Both the position numbers and the translations under genes were made by a program. Positions 22,091 to 34,068 of a stretch of 64,000 bases of DNA are shown here, in pieces (position 1 is the first letter of the stretch; each line of letters begins with the position of its first letter). The notes below the pieces were generated by a model. That model was given only the letters and a program-made list of their open reading frames with translations. It did no database searches and was not told the origin of the DNA. Origin of the DNA: Malacoraja senta (lineage: Eukaryota); NCBI GenBank assembly GCA_038087875.1, contig CM075987.1, positions 27,654,001 to 27,718,000 on the forward strand, written 5' to 3'.

Positions 22091-23828
22091 GTAAGGTAAG
22101 GTAAGGTGACCCTCCCTGAGGGGCAGGCTAGGTCAGGCCTGTCAGCGGTTACAGGAGGCAGGAGAATGGGGTTGAGAGGGAAAGGCAGGTCCGAGCCACG
22201 ATTGAATGTGTAGGAAGGAACTGCAGGTGCCGGTGTACACCGAAGATAGACACAAAGTGCTGGAGTAACTCAGCGGGACAGGCAGCGTCTGTGGAGAGAA
22301 GCAATAGGTGACGTTTTGGGCCGAGACCCTTCTTCAGATTGTTTAAGAAGGTACTGCAGATGCTGGAAAATCGAAGGTGGACAAAAGTGCTGGAGAAACA
22401 CAGCGGGTGCAGCAGCATGTATGGAGCGAAGGAGATAGGCAACGTTTCGGGCCGAAACCCTTCTTCAGATTGATCGACGGATTGATTGACCTCAATCTGA
22501 AGAAGGGTTTCGGCCCGAAATGTTGCCTATTTCCTTAACTCCATAGATGCTGCTGCACCCGCTGAGTTTCTCCAGCACTTTTGTCTCCCTTCTTCAGATT
22601 CACCGAAGATAGACACAAAATGAGTCTGAAGAAGGGTCCCGACCCGAAACGTCACCCATTGCTTCTCTCCACAGATGCTGCCTGTCCCGCTGAGGTATTC
22701 CAGCTTTTTGTGTCTGTCCATGATTAAATGGCGGGGCAGCCTCGATGGGCCGAATGGTCCAATTCTGTTCCTGGAACTCATAACCTTGGCTGAGTACGTG
22801 GAGGGCGAAGCGCCCACCTGGTGTCATGTCCTTTGATGTTTCTCCACATAACGGGCATTGCCCTCTCCAGCGGCTTTCAGTCTGGAAATGTGGTGTAAAG
22901 TTGCTTTAGAGGTGGCCTGAGGTCGCTGGTGGAAGCTGCACACTTTCTCCTGATTTGGGTTGTGCGAAAGACAGACACAAAAAACTACATCTACAGTTTA
23001 AACAGCATTCTGCAGTTCCTCCTTACACATTTGGATTATGCAATGTCTTCGGAGGACAAACTGCAGATAAATTACTTTCTAAAATGTAAAAGTAGAAAAT
23101 GCTGAATAAACTAAGCAAGGCCGGCAGCAGTGTGAGGGCAAAACCGTTAACAGCACAAATTGAACACCTATTCATCAGATCGGAAAAAAGACAGAAATCA
23201 GACTTTTTGTGTGTTATATTTTTGCATGGGAATAGTGTCTGTACGGGAGCCTTCTTAATCACAAACGAAAAAATGTGCTTTTTAATGATAAAGTGATGGT
23301 AGTCACTTATAGTGTGGAAAAAAATATGCACCAGTAAACTCGCAGCAAGTCCAATAATCAGCAAAGTATTAGTTTTACTGTTTTCATAATTTTTGTTGTT
23401 TTAGGGATATTGAGCAGTGAAAATGAGAATTCTGCCTCTTTGGATGATCATGTAGGACCTTTGTGTCAATGTGTGTGTCAACATTTCCAACGCTTCCTCC
23501 TTTCAGACATAGACATTCCAAATATCAGCATTCCTCTCCCCTCACTCCATCCCCCATATGCCTAGTGAATGCCGGTGAGAAGTGACGATTTAGGATCCTG
23601 TTCCTATCTCTTGGCTTCACGCTTAATTATGGATCTGCTCAACCCCTGATCGTTAGATATACGAGCAGAATTAGACCATTCAGCCCATCGCGTCTACTCC
23701 GTCATTCAATCGTAGCTGATCTATTTTTCCATCTCAACCCCATTCTCCTGTGACTACAGGCCCAGGGCCATCAAATACTCATACGTTAACCCAATCATCC
23801 CCAGGATCACTCTCTGAAACATTTTTTT

Positions 23829-24118
23829 GTTAGTTTAGAGATGCAGCATGGAAACAGGACCTTCGGCCCACCGAGTCTGCGCCAACCAGCAATCCCCGCA
23901 CAATAACACTATCCTGCACACGCTAAGGACAATTTTACATTTATATCAAGCCAATTAACCTTCAAACCTGAATGTCTTTGGCGTGTGAGAGGAAACCAAA
24001 GCTCTTGGCGAAAACCCATGGGGAGAACGACCAAACTCCGTACAGACAGCACCCGTAGTCAGGATGGAACCCGGGTCTCTGGCGCTGTGAGGCAGCAACT
24101 CTACCGCTGCGCCACCAT
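23829..24118 (-). mobile_element. V-SINE (HE1-like)
   Basis: Full-length reverse copy. Confidence 0.82.
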
Positions 24119-25260
24119 GCCGCTCTATTGTTCCCAATTCAATCATATTCGGAGAAAATATTTATTTCCAGACCAAGTTCAGGCCTGTGATTTTTTTTTT
24201 TTTAAGGCTATATTTAATTACTGACTCCATTTCTATACACGTTATGTTTTCTCATGTAGGCCTGTTGTGTTTCAGAAATATCACCAAAATATTCAAGAGG
24301 TATGATAATGAATGGTCTTGTCGATTGTAGATGCAATTGGATTGAGCAAGTCTATGTTTTTACCTGCACATTCCAAACTTATTGTTGTGCTTACGATATA
24401 AACGTCTGTGGCTGGTGCATGATAAATTGTGTACTAGCTAATCTTGTGATTGTAGTATTCAATGAGTGTAATTAATATGGATCATGCTCACACAATTAGA
24501 ATCCTGGTAACCTGTTCAATGTTATATTATGGTCTCCCAAGATACAGTGTAAATAAAACACCTTGACTTTCCTGCTGTATTTATTTATTCTTTGTTTACT
24601 GAATACTTTCTTACTGAGTCAAATCTGGAGACTAGCTTAAGTCTGTCATCTTTAAACAAAAGCATCTCAACATACCAGAAATATAACAATTTCTTTAGCA
24701 CCTCTATCCATCTGTGTTGTGTGTTTTTACGAGTGATTGAGTCAGGACCATTGTGAAAATTGCAGAGGAAGAATTGACATGAGTAAATTAACTTATCCCT
24801 TTAGTATTTAAATGGACTGGAAAATATTGTTACTTACAGCGGTGTTGAACTCTACTACTTACTAATGTTGGGTCGGGAACTTAAATCTCATGACTTCTGA
24901 AGTCCACGATTCCCTTGGTTGTCATATGCCTATATCTTGGAACAAGTACTGTTTTAGATTTATTAGACTGTCATCTGAATTTTTGAAAGCTAAACTATTG
25001 AGAGAGATGATGCAAACTAGGTGTTATACGACCTGAAATTATTGGTCTTGCAGAGAAGCTGATTAGTGCCCTGAGACGGTAGGGATAATCAGTGGGTTCT
25101 TTAATTGCTGGGTGTATTACAAGAAGCTGGTGGTATTAACTATTCATCATATTTATTAATAACCAAGGTTATGGGGATTGTCATGTTTTCAGGTACAAAA
25201 ACTTCATTTGTGTCTTAAGCAATGCAGTTGGAAGTATAAAAATACTAGATAAAGTGAATT

Positions 25261-26302
25261 GTTTAAGAAGGAACTGCAGATGCTGGAAAATCGAAGGTAG
25301 ACAAAAATGCTGGAGAAACTCAGCGGGTGAGGCAGCATCTATGGAGCGAAGGAAATAGGCGACGTTTCGGGTCGATGGGAGGAGGAGTTGATGTGCTGAG
25401 CCACTGGGAGATCAGGTTGGTTATTGCGAACCGAGCGGAGGTGTTGGGCGAAGCGATTGCCAAGCCTACATTTGGTCTCACCAATGTAGAGCAGCTGACA
25501 CCTAGAGCAGCGGATGCAATAGATGAGGTTGGAGGAGGTGCAGGTGAACCTCTGCTGCACCTGGAAAGACTGCTTGGGTCCTTGAATGGAGTCAAGGGGG
25601 GAGGTAAATCGACAAGTGTAGCATTTCCTGCGGTTACAAGGGAAAGTGCCAGGAGAGGGGGTGGTTTGGGTGGGAAGGGACGAATTGATCAGGGAGTTAC
25701 AGAGGGAGCGGTCTCGGCGGAAAGCAGACAATAGACGAGATAGGAAGATGTGGCCAGTGGTGGGATCCCGTTGGAGGTGGCGAGAATGTCAGAGGATTAT
25801 TTGTAGTATGTGACGGCTGGAGATAAGACTTTGCCTTCCATCACAGCGAGGAGGAGATTCGCTGTGATGGATGTTTGTGTAAATTGTGTTGTGTCTTGGT
25901 TCTTTTTACTTGTTTGTATGACTGCAGAAACCAAATTTCGTTTGAACTTCATTTGAGGTTCAAATGACAATAAATGGTATTGTATTGTATTGTATTGGTA
26001 GGGTGGAAGGTGAGGACAAGGGGGACTCTGACCTTGTTACGAGTGAAGGGATGGGGAGTGAGAGCAGAGTTACGGGGTATGGAAGAGACCCTGGTGTGAG
26101 CCTCATCTATAGTAGAAGAGGGGAACCCCTGTTCCCTGAAGAAAGAGGGCATCGGGAGATGCCCTGGTTTGGAACACCTCATCCTGGGTGCAGATGCGGC
26201 GTAGACGGAGGAATTGGGAGTAGGGGATGGAGTCCTTACAGGAAGCAGGGTGGGAAGAAGTGTAGTCCAGATAGCCATGGGAGTCAGTGGGTTTATAGTG
26301 GA
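25261..26302 (-). mobile_element. Penelope-like retroelement 3' fragment (GIY-YIG endonuclease and upstream region), interrupted by a LINE tail at ~25820-25996
   Basis: ORF 25339-25731 contains CNRRKCYTC...NLIYCIRCSRCQLLYIGET..RL..RF..H (GIY-YIG with CCHH). It abuts the abundant ctggagaaactcagcggg repeat. Confidence 0.85.
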
Positions 26303-26652
26303 TAGTGAATTTGTTACATTTGGAGAAATATGTAATATTCCATTCTAGACATCAAAGAAAAAGAACAGGGTTATCTTGGGTGGTTTAAAGCTAGCTACAT
26401 GGGAGTACAAATGGATCTAGGTAAGAAATTTGTTCAAATACTATGGACAGGCACAGAAGATAAACAAAAATGCTACTACATCCTGCCCTTCATATTTAAT
26501 CCTCATAATTAAAGTAGTAGATGGGTTGCATCTGTACCAATAATGAGAAATGTGGGTGCCATGTCACTGTACCCCAACTTTGGAAAGAATAGTGGAGAGA
26601 CCAATCAGAATAGTGTCTCAACAGAAAGGGTCGCGTTTTAAGGAAGGAAACT

Positions 26653-28950
26653 ATTAATAATAATAATACATTTATTTTGTATAGCGCTTTTCAAGGACTC
26701 AAAGTCGCTTTACATGGAGAGTCAAGAACAAAACAAAATAGAGCAGTAAGACAGAGATGCAAAGGGGAGGGGGACATGGGACTAAGGGTATGCAGAGGTG
26801 AAGAGATGGGTCTTGAGGCGGGACTGGAGGATGGTGAGGGACTCAGAATTTCGGACCAGATGTGGGAGGGAGTTCCAGAGCCTCGGAGCTGCCCTGGAGA
26901 AGGCTCTGTCTCCAAAAGTGCAGAGGTTGGATTTCGGAATGGAGAGGAGACCGGCTGATGTGGATCTGAGGGACCGTGAGGGTTGGTAGGGGGAGAGGAG
27001 GTCAGTGAGATAAGGGGGGGCCAAGTGGTTGAGGGCTTTGTAGGTGAGGACCAGGATTTTGTAGATGATCCGGTGGGAAATGGGAAGCCAGTGAAGTTCT
27101 TTGAGAACTGGGGTGATGTGGTGCCAGGATTTGGTGTGGGTGACGAGTCGGGCGGCTGCATTCTGGACCAGTTGGAGTCGGTTGATGTTGCTGGAATTAA
27201 TGCCAAAGAGAAGAGAGTTACAGTAGTCCAGTCGGGAGGAGATGAAGGCATGGATGAGTCTTTCAACAGCGGGGGGTGTGAGAGAGGGTCTGATTTTGGT
27301 AATGTTGCGGAGGTGAAAAAATGATGTTTTGAAAACATGACGGATGTGAGGCTCAAGGGAGAGGGTTGAGTCAAAGATCACGCCAAGGTTGCGGGCCTGA
27401 GGAGATGGGGAGACAGTGGTGCCGCCAATAGTGAGAGTGGGGTTGTTAATTTTGGTAAGTGTTGATTTGGAGCCAATGAGGAGAAATTCTGTTTTGTTAC
27501 TGTTTAATTTAAGGAAGTTGAGTTGCATCCAAGATTTGATGGCTGACAGGCAGGAGTTGATATGGGAGAGAGGGGGGTGGTGGGGGGACTTGGTGCTGAG
27601 ATAGATCTGGGGTGTCATCAGCATAGCAATGGAAGTCCAGGTTGAAGTGACGGAGTATATGACCAAGGGGGAGGATGTAGATGATGAAGAGGAGGGGACC
27701 GAGAACGGAGCCTTGGGGAACGCCTTGAGTGACAGTGGCTGTGGCAGAGGTGTGGTTATGGAGAGAGATGAAGTGGGATCGGTTGGAAAGGTAGGAACGG
27801 AACCAGCTGAGTGCAGAACCTTCCATGCCAAGGTCTTTAAGTCTGGTAAGCAGGATGTTATGGTTCACGGTATCGAAGGCTGCACTCAGGTCGAGGAGGA
27901 TGAGGATGTTGAGGGAACCAGTGTCAGCAGAGGTGAGGAGGTCATTGAGAACTTTGAGGAGAGCAGTTTCTGTGCTATGGAGGGGGCGAAAGCCAGATTG
28001 GAGGGGTTCGAATAGGTTATACGCGAGGAGGTGGGAATGAAGTTGTGACGCAACGATACGCTCCAGGGTTTTTGAAAGAAAGGGGAGGTTTGAGATAGGG
28101 CAGTAGTTAATGAGAGAGGAGGGATCAAGACCAGGTTTCTTTAAGATTGGTGTGACAGCAGCAGTTTTGAAAGCAGAGGGGACAATTCCGTGGGACAATG
28201 AGGAGTTGAAGAGATTAATGAGGTTGGGGCAGAGAGTGGGGAGGCAGGACTTCAGCAGGGGAGTGGGGAGAGGGTCGAGGGAGCAGATAGTGGGTTTGGA
28301 AGAGCTGATAAGTTTGGAGATTACAGTAGGGGTGACCGGGTCAAACTGGGAGAGGAAGCAGTGTGGAGGAGGGGTAAGGAGGTCAGTGGAGATGTTGAAA
28401 GGAGGGGCCTTGGTAGGTGGTGGAGTAGATGCTGGGGAGTCGGGTACAGGGGATAAAGATTGATAGATGGTGCTGATTTTGTCAGCGAAAAAGTGGAGGA
28501 ATGAGTTGCAGAGATCCAGAGCGGAGGTAGGGAGAGTGTTGGCTCGAGGCTTGAGGAGGTTGCACACTGTGGAGAAGAGGGTTCTGTGGTTTAGGCAGGG
28601 GTCGGTGAGTATGGAGGAGAGGTAGGCAGATTTAGCAGCAATGAGGGCATCTTTGTAGGCAGTGAGGTGGAGTTTGTAAGCTTCATGGTGGACTGTGAGA
28701 GATGATTTCTTTATGAGTCGTTCAAGTCGGCGACCAGTCTGTTTCAGCTTACGAAGTGCAGGTGTGTACCAGGGTGAAGATTTATTAAAAGTTACGGTTC
28801 TTGTTTTGAGGGGGGCCAGAGTGTTAAGGCAGGTAGACAGGGTGGAATTGAGATGGTTTGTGAGATCATCAGGTGAGATGTGGGTTGAGTCCAGGGGGAG
28901 AGTGGTGGAGAGCAGGTCAGAGAGATGGTGGGGGTCGATGGATTTTAGAT
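26653..28950 (-). mobile_element. 5'-truncated L2-clade LINE (RT), one frameshift near 27600
   Basis: ORFs 27509-28567 and 26782-27831 contain QSGFR..HSTETAL, LDLSAAFDTV, GVPQGSVLGP, YADD, SRLDYCNS and LHWLP. (TTA)n-like 3' tail at ~26653-26668. Confidence 0.92.
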
Positions 28951-31900
28951 TACGGGGATGGTATGTATTCCCTGGAATTTAGATTAAGGGGATGGTATGA
29001 TCACAGATTTGAAGTGAACTGACTACAGAAATGATTTGCAGCAGTTGTAGTGTCTAGAACTAGACTGAGAAAGATTAGTGCCAGTTTTTTGAAAAGTAAA
29101 ATTTGGAAATATTGAAGTCTGGAGGTGACACTTCACACAAGATCAATTAATTGTCATTCTGCGATTGCTAAATGTTGTATTCTAGAAGTATTAAGGGATA
29201 TAGGCAGTGGTACGTGGAGTTAGATTCAATCTCATTAAAAGGTATGACAGGATCTGAATAGCCTACTGCTTATGGTTGTGATGGTAAAATATCTACCTCT
29301 CTGCTAAGGTAAACTGCACTGTTCTTTGTGGGGTGCTATGCCATTATAAGCAAAGCAATTAAAAATAGAAACTGCTGATGTTGGAAATGGGAAATGAAAA
29401 GTAGAGAGGTAGAAATAGACATGTTCAAGTCAGACAGCCTCCATGAAAATGAAAGATGATCAAAGTCGTTCCATGGATACAGTCAGGACTGAATTGAATA
29501 CTTTATTTCAACTCTATAGCCACTTTATTGTCACATGTGATAAGTTACAATGAAATCCTTTGCTTGCAACTGCAGAGTATTTCCAGCACTATATGATGCT
29601 CCTAGCTGCAGGGCTGGTGAAAAATAAATAATTTCATTTATTTCTTTGGAGTCATTTGGTAAGCAATGGTGAAATATAATTTCAGATAGAAGGAACTGCT
29701 CAAATATGGAAGCTTGTGTATAACTCGGAGAATGATACCAGATGTTTCTGCTCATGATTTCCGGTTTATTCTGACTTCAAAGTTAGGATAGATAGAGCTG
29801 ATAGTGCTATGTGAAATGGATTCCTTATACCACACTACTTCTCTCCACCCCTGCAGTCGTGTGAACTCCAGGGACGTTGTTCACTTTGGCATGATCAAAT
29901 ATCCATACACGAGAGGGTCGAAGGAACTGCAAACTTTTTTCAGCATAAACAAGGCATTGGGCCATTTGTAATTGCAATGTGTGACCCATTACTATTGTGA
30001 GAGTGGATTAGCATGTTGTCAGCTGATCGAGGATGTGGGCATGGAAAAAAATGGAAAAGTTAAAAACAGGAATTTAATGTTTCTTAATAATAGTTGCTTA
30101 GTAATAGCATTAATTCATCTTCGTACCAGATAAAAAGCAGATAAGGTGTTTTGTGTATTTTCATAAGTGCTTCATTGTATGAAGGGTCAGATTCCTTTTC
30201 ATTTGTAGTGTGTGAGCTTTTCTGTGCTCATTAGTGAGGATGGGGGACACCAAGCGGATGGATGGAATGCAAAACACAGCCAAAAAGTGCTGGAAATCCA
30301 ATGTGAAACTGTCAATGCTGCAAGGAGCAGGTCTAGAAAAACGCTAAACATTTCAGGCCTTCTATTAAATCTGTAAAAAAAAGTTAAGGTTAAAGTTAAG
30401 CAGATGCAGAGATAGGGGGGTGGAGGAGAGGAATGCCGTGTGTAGTAGCATAAATACTAACCATCTTGTAAGAAATCTACAACTAATGCCATTGCACCAC
30501 CCGAGTCAAACTCAACAAGAAAAAAGTTTGAGGCAAGGTAAACCAAATATTGTGCTTTGCAGTCAGCGGAACTATGGGGCAACAATTTTATTGAGAATTG
30601 TGATCGTTTTAAATGAGCCATTTAAGAGGGTAGCTAGAATAGGGATTCGCAGAGGGACATGGCAGACACAAATAATGTTGCTTTCCAGAATCCACTCGGA
30701 CTAGCAGGCTAACTACTCACACATTTATTGAACTTTTATTTATTATGTATTATCTATGTGTATTGTGTTTACAAGCCTGGTATGCTGCTGCAATTAAGAA
30801 TTTGATTATTCATTGTCAGGATGTATGGATGTTTCTATGAGTGGGAGAGTCGAGGACCAAAGGCCATAGCCTCAGAATAGGACGTACGTTTAGAAAGATG
30901 AGGAGACATTTATTTAGTCAGAAGGTGGTGAATCTGTGGAATTCATTGCCAGAGACGGCTGTGGAGGCCGTCAATGGATATTTTTAATGTGGAGATAGAT
31001 GATTCTTGATTGGTAGGGGTATCAGGGGTGGTGGGGAGAAGGCAGGAGAAAGGGGTTGAGAGGGAAAGATAGATCAGCCATGATTGAAAGGCGGAGTAGA
31101 CTTGATGGGCCAAATGGCCTAATTCGGCTCCTACAACTTATGAACTTATATGACAATTACACACGTAACTTTCTTGCCGCTTGATGTTAAATTCTGAGGT
31201 CCTCGTCCCATTCTGAACCAGGTTCTGTTTGGTTGCCCTCCCTGAACTCCCTAGCTTGCATCGGTTCTGTCCATCAGTGCTATTTAAAAAAATATATATT
31301 TTTTGTTTAAGACAGACACAAGGTGCTGGAATAACTCAGCGGGTCAGGCAGCATCTCTGGAGAACATGGATGGGTGACGTTTTGTGTTGGGACCCTTCTT
31401 GTCTATTTCTTCTGCAAGCCTGAAGCCATTCCAGCATTTTCATTCTCCTCCAGCCCAATCGCCTCCATCCAATCTCACTTGACCAATTATAATTATTCAA
31501 CCAGGGGCTTGTTGGAGGGGATGTAGACGTCAGACTCTGGGACGGGTCTACCTTCCTCGATTGAGACCCCTGATGGAACCGTCACCCACTGTCCATCCCA
31601 TGTCTGCTTATGTCCAAGTACTCATTTAGTAAGTACATAAACATGACATAACAACACCATGAAATAAAAGCTAACAATTCCTTTCCCACATTAAGCCTCA
31701 ATGTTGTACTTTTGTTGATCTGAGAGTTTTCATAATTTTCCTAATGAGTTATTGCTGACTTTTATTTAAAATGCAGCTGTAGTTTGAAGTGAAATCCCGA
31801 GGTTCTCTTTAATTGATTTATCTGGAATATAATTATTAAAATAAAGCGTGTCTTTGTTGGGTTAGTGGGTATGTTGCAAGCGGTGGAAACTGGGCAGCAA

Positions 31901-31989
31901 TATTAAGTAAGTACATTAAAATAATGTAACTTCAATGCTGTTACTTTTAACTCTAGTTTAAAATTTAGCATGCAATAGAAATATATAAA

Positions 31990-32630
31990 GGTTCAGAGGT
32001 CAGTTTATTGTCGCGTGTACCAATTAAGGTACAGTGAAACTTGAATTACCATACAACCAAACTAAAAAAAAAAGCAACAAGACACACAACTACATAAAAG
32101 TTAACATAAACATCCACCACAGCGGATTCCCCACATTCCTCACTGTGATGGAAGGCCATAAAGTCCAATCTTCTTCCTCTTTATTCTCCCACAGTCAGGG
32201 CAGTCGAACCATCCACAGTCGGGGCGGTGGAAGCTCCTGCGGACTGGAGCTCCCGAAGTCTGTCTCTAATCAGAGACTGCAAGCTCCATGATGTTAAAGT
32301 CCGCAGGCTCCCGCGTTTGGAGCTCTGAGGTCGATCCTGGCAAAGGGATCGTGAGCTCCACGATGGTAAGTCCCGCAAGCTCCCGCGGTTGGAGCTCCCA
32401 AAGTCGGTCTCCAGCAGAGGCCGCCAACTCCTCGATGTTAGGCCGCAGTGTGGACGGAGATACGATAGGGAAAAAATCGCATCTCCGTCGAGGTAAGAGA
32501 TTTTAAAAAGTTTCCCCCAACCCCCCCCCCCCCCCCCACATAAAACAGGCTAAAGAACACTAAAAGCATATATTTAACATATACTTTAAAAAAAAAAACA
32601 GAGAAGGAAGGGACAGACAGACTGTTGGAG
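31990..32630 (-). mobile_element. Non-coding retroelement 3' fragment with internal GC-rich tandem duplications
   Basis: Reverse-strand AATAAA with a short-repeat tail at ~31990-32010. Repeated gctcccgcg..tggagctc units. Related sequence at ~35340-35425. Confidence 0.55.
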
Positions 32631-33195
32631 AGGCATAATAATATTGGTGATGCAATATGATTTCTATTAATAAGAGTACTTATAGGTTCAGGAAGAATCA
32701 AGGTTTTTCCCACTAGCTCTGTGACACATTAAATGCCATATTTTCTGCTCTTAATATTTTGTACACCTCCTTATCAAAAACTTCACAAATTCACCATTGG
32801 GCATTTGTGATAGAGCATTCTTATAATCTATCTAGTTTTAACATCTAGTATTGGATTGTTAAACCTTTAGATTAAGATCGCTTGAAAATCCCTTAATTTT
32901 TATCACAACCTTGCTACTTCATTGTCCTGTGTCATTCAATTTCTGTTTGCCTTGCCGCTCTTTGTATCTAATATAATTAGCTTGGACCTGCTCGCATTAC
33001 TCCAGCACTGGGGAAATCCAAGTTCAAGTCAAGTCAAGTTTATTCGTCACATACACATACAAGATGTGCAGTGAAATGAAAAGTGTCAATGCTCGTGGAC
33101 TTTGTGCAAAAAAACAAACAAACTACAAACAGAATGGAACAGAATCACATATTTTACATATTAAATATTGTGGGCGGAAGGAAAAAGGGGGGGAA

Positions 33196-33326
33196 AATGA
33201 AGCATGTATAAATGAAGCATGTATAAATGAAGCATGTATAAATGAAGCATGTATAAATGAAGCATGTATAAATGAAGCATGTATAAATGAAGCATGTATA
33301 AATGAAGCATGTATAAATGAAGCATG
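33196..33326. repeat. Perfect 15-bp tandem repeat (aatgaagcatgtata), 8 full copies plus a partial
   Basis: Units are identical, read directly from the sequence. Confidence 0.97.
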
Positions 33327-33619
33327 CTTTCACTGTTCACTATTGCACAATCCCACTTCCTTAATTAAACTTTCTCTCCCAAGTTCAATGATCTGCTTAC
33401 TGGCACAATCTTTTCTGTTGACCCAATTTTCTTTCAAACAAACTTTTCACACTATTTTCCCATTTGGAAATGTACAACTTTGCACTTAAATATAATCTGT
33501 CTGTTCACCTGATTAACTGTACATGCCCCAATGTTGGAAAGAATGTATGTTGCATTTTAAATGTATGTTTTACTCCCTGATTTGATTGTACAATAAATCC
33601 TTGTTTTAATGGACCTCTT

Positions 33620-34068
33620 TATAATGGATTTTGGTTATAGCGGACGGACCGGAGCGGGATCCCTCGCCGGGGATCCCTGGAGAGGAGCTCCGACCGCCAG
33701 CCCTGCGGTCTGCGGTGCTTCTGGCTGCGGCGCGGCGGGGACTTTAGATCTTCGACCGCCGGCCTGCGGCCTACACCATCTTGAAGCCGCGGTCTCTGGT
33801 AGGGAAGCACGGATTCAGGATTTACCCTCTCTGCTCATCTGGCCGCCAACAGCGGCGACTGCGGAGGGTTGTGGTCCCGACCACGGGGGAAAATGGAGGA
33901 GGACTGACCAAACTTTGTGCCTTCCACCACAGTGATGAATGCTGTGGTGGATGTTTGTTAAAATTTTACTGTGTATTGTGTGTTCTTTTTTTTATTGTAC
34001 CGCTGCTGGCAAATTCATTTCACTGCACTTTATGTGCACGTGAAGAATAAATCTGACTTGACTTGACC
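33620..34068 (+). mobile_element. Non-coding retroelement 3' fragment
   Basis: CpG-rich body ending aataaatctgacttgacttgac. Shares ctttg(t)gccttcca.cacag with the tail at ~25830. Confidence 0.6.

Larger units (their letters stand above)
21740..22150 (+). promoter_or_regulatory. SLC31A1 CpG-island promoter
   Basis: CpG-rich. Full CREs TGACGTCA at 21823 and 21894, GC boxes CCCGCCCC at 21841 and 21912, CCACGTG at 21776 and 21796, and a C20 run at 21967-21986. Confidence 0.7.

Noticed and set aside
22550..22560. MRE-like TGCACCC near the copper-transporter promoter
   Set aside because: It is part of a common dispersed repeat, so there is no evidence of specific metal regulation.
33064..33489. 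141-aa ORF with (INEAC)n repeats
   Set aside because: Open only because the 15-bp unit is a multiple of 3; it starts within a retroelement tail and has no splice support.
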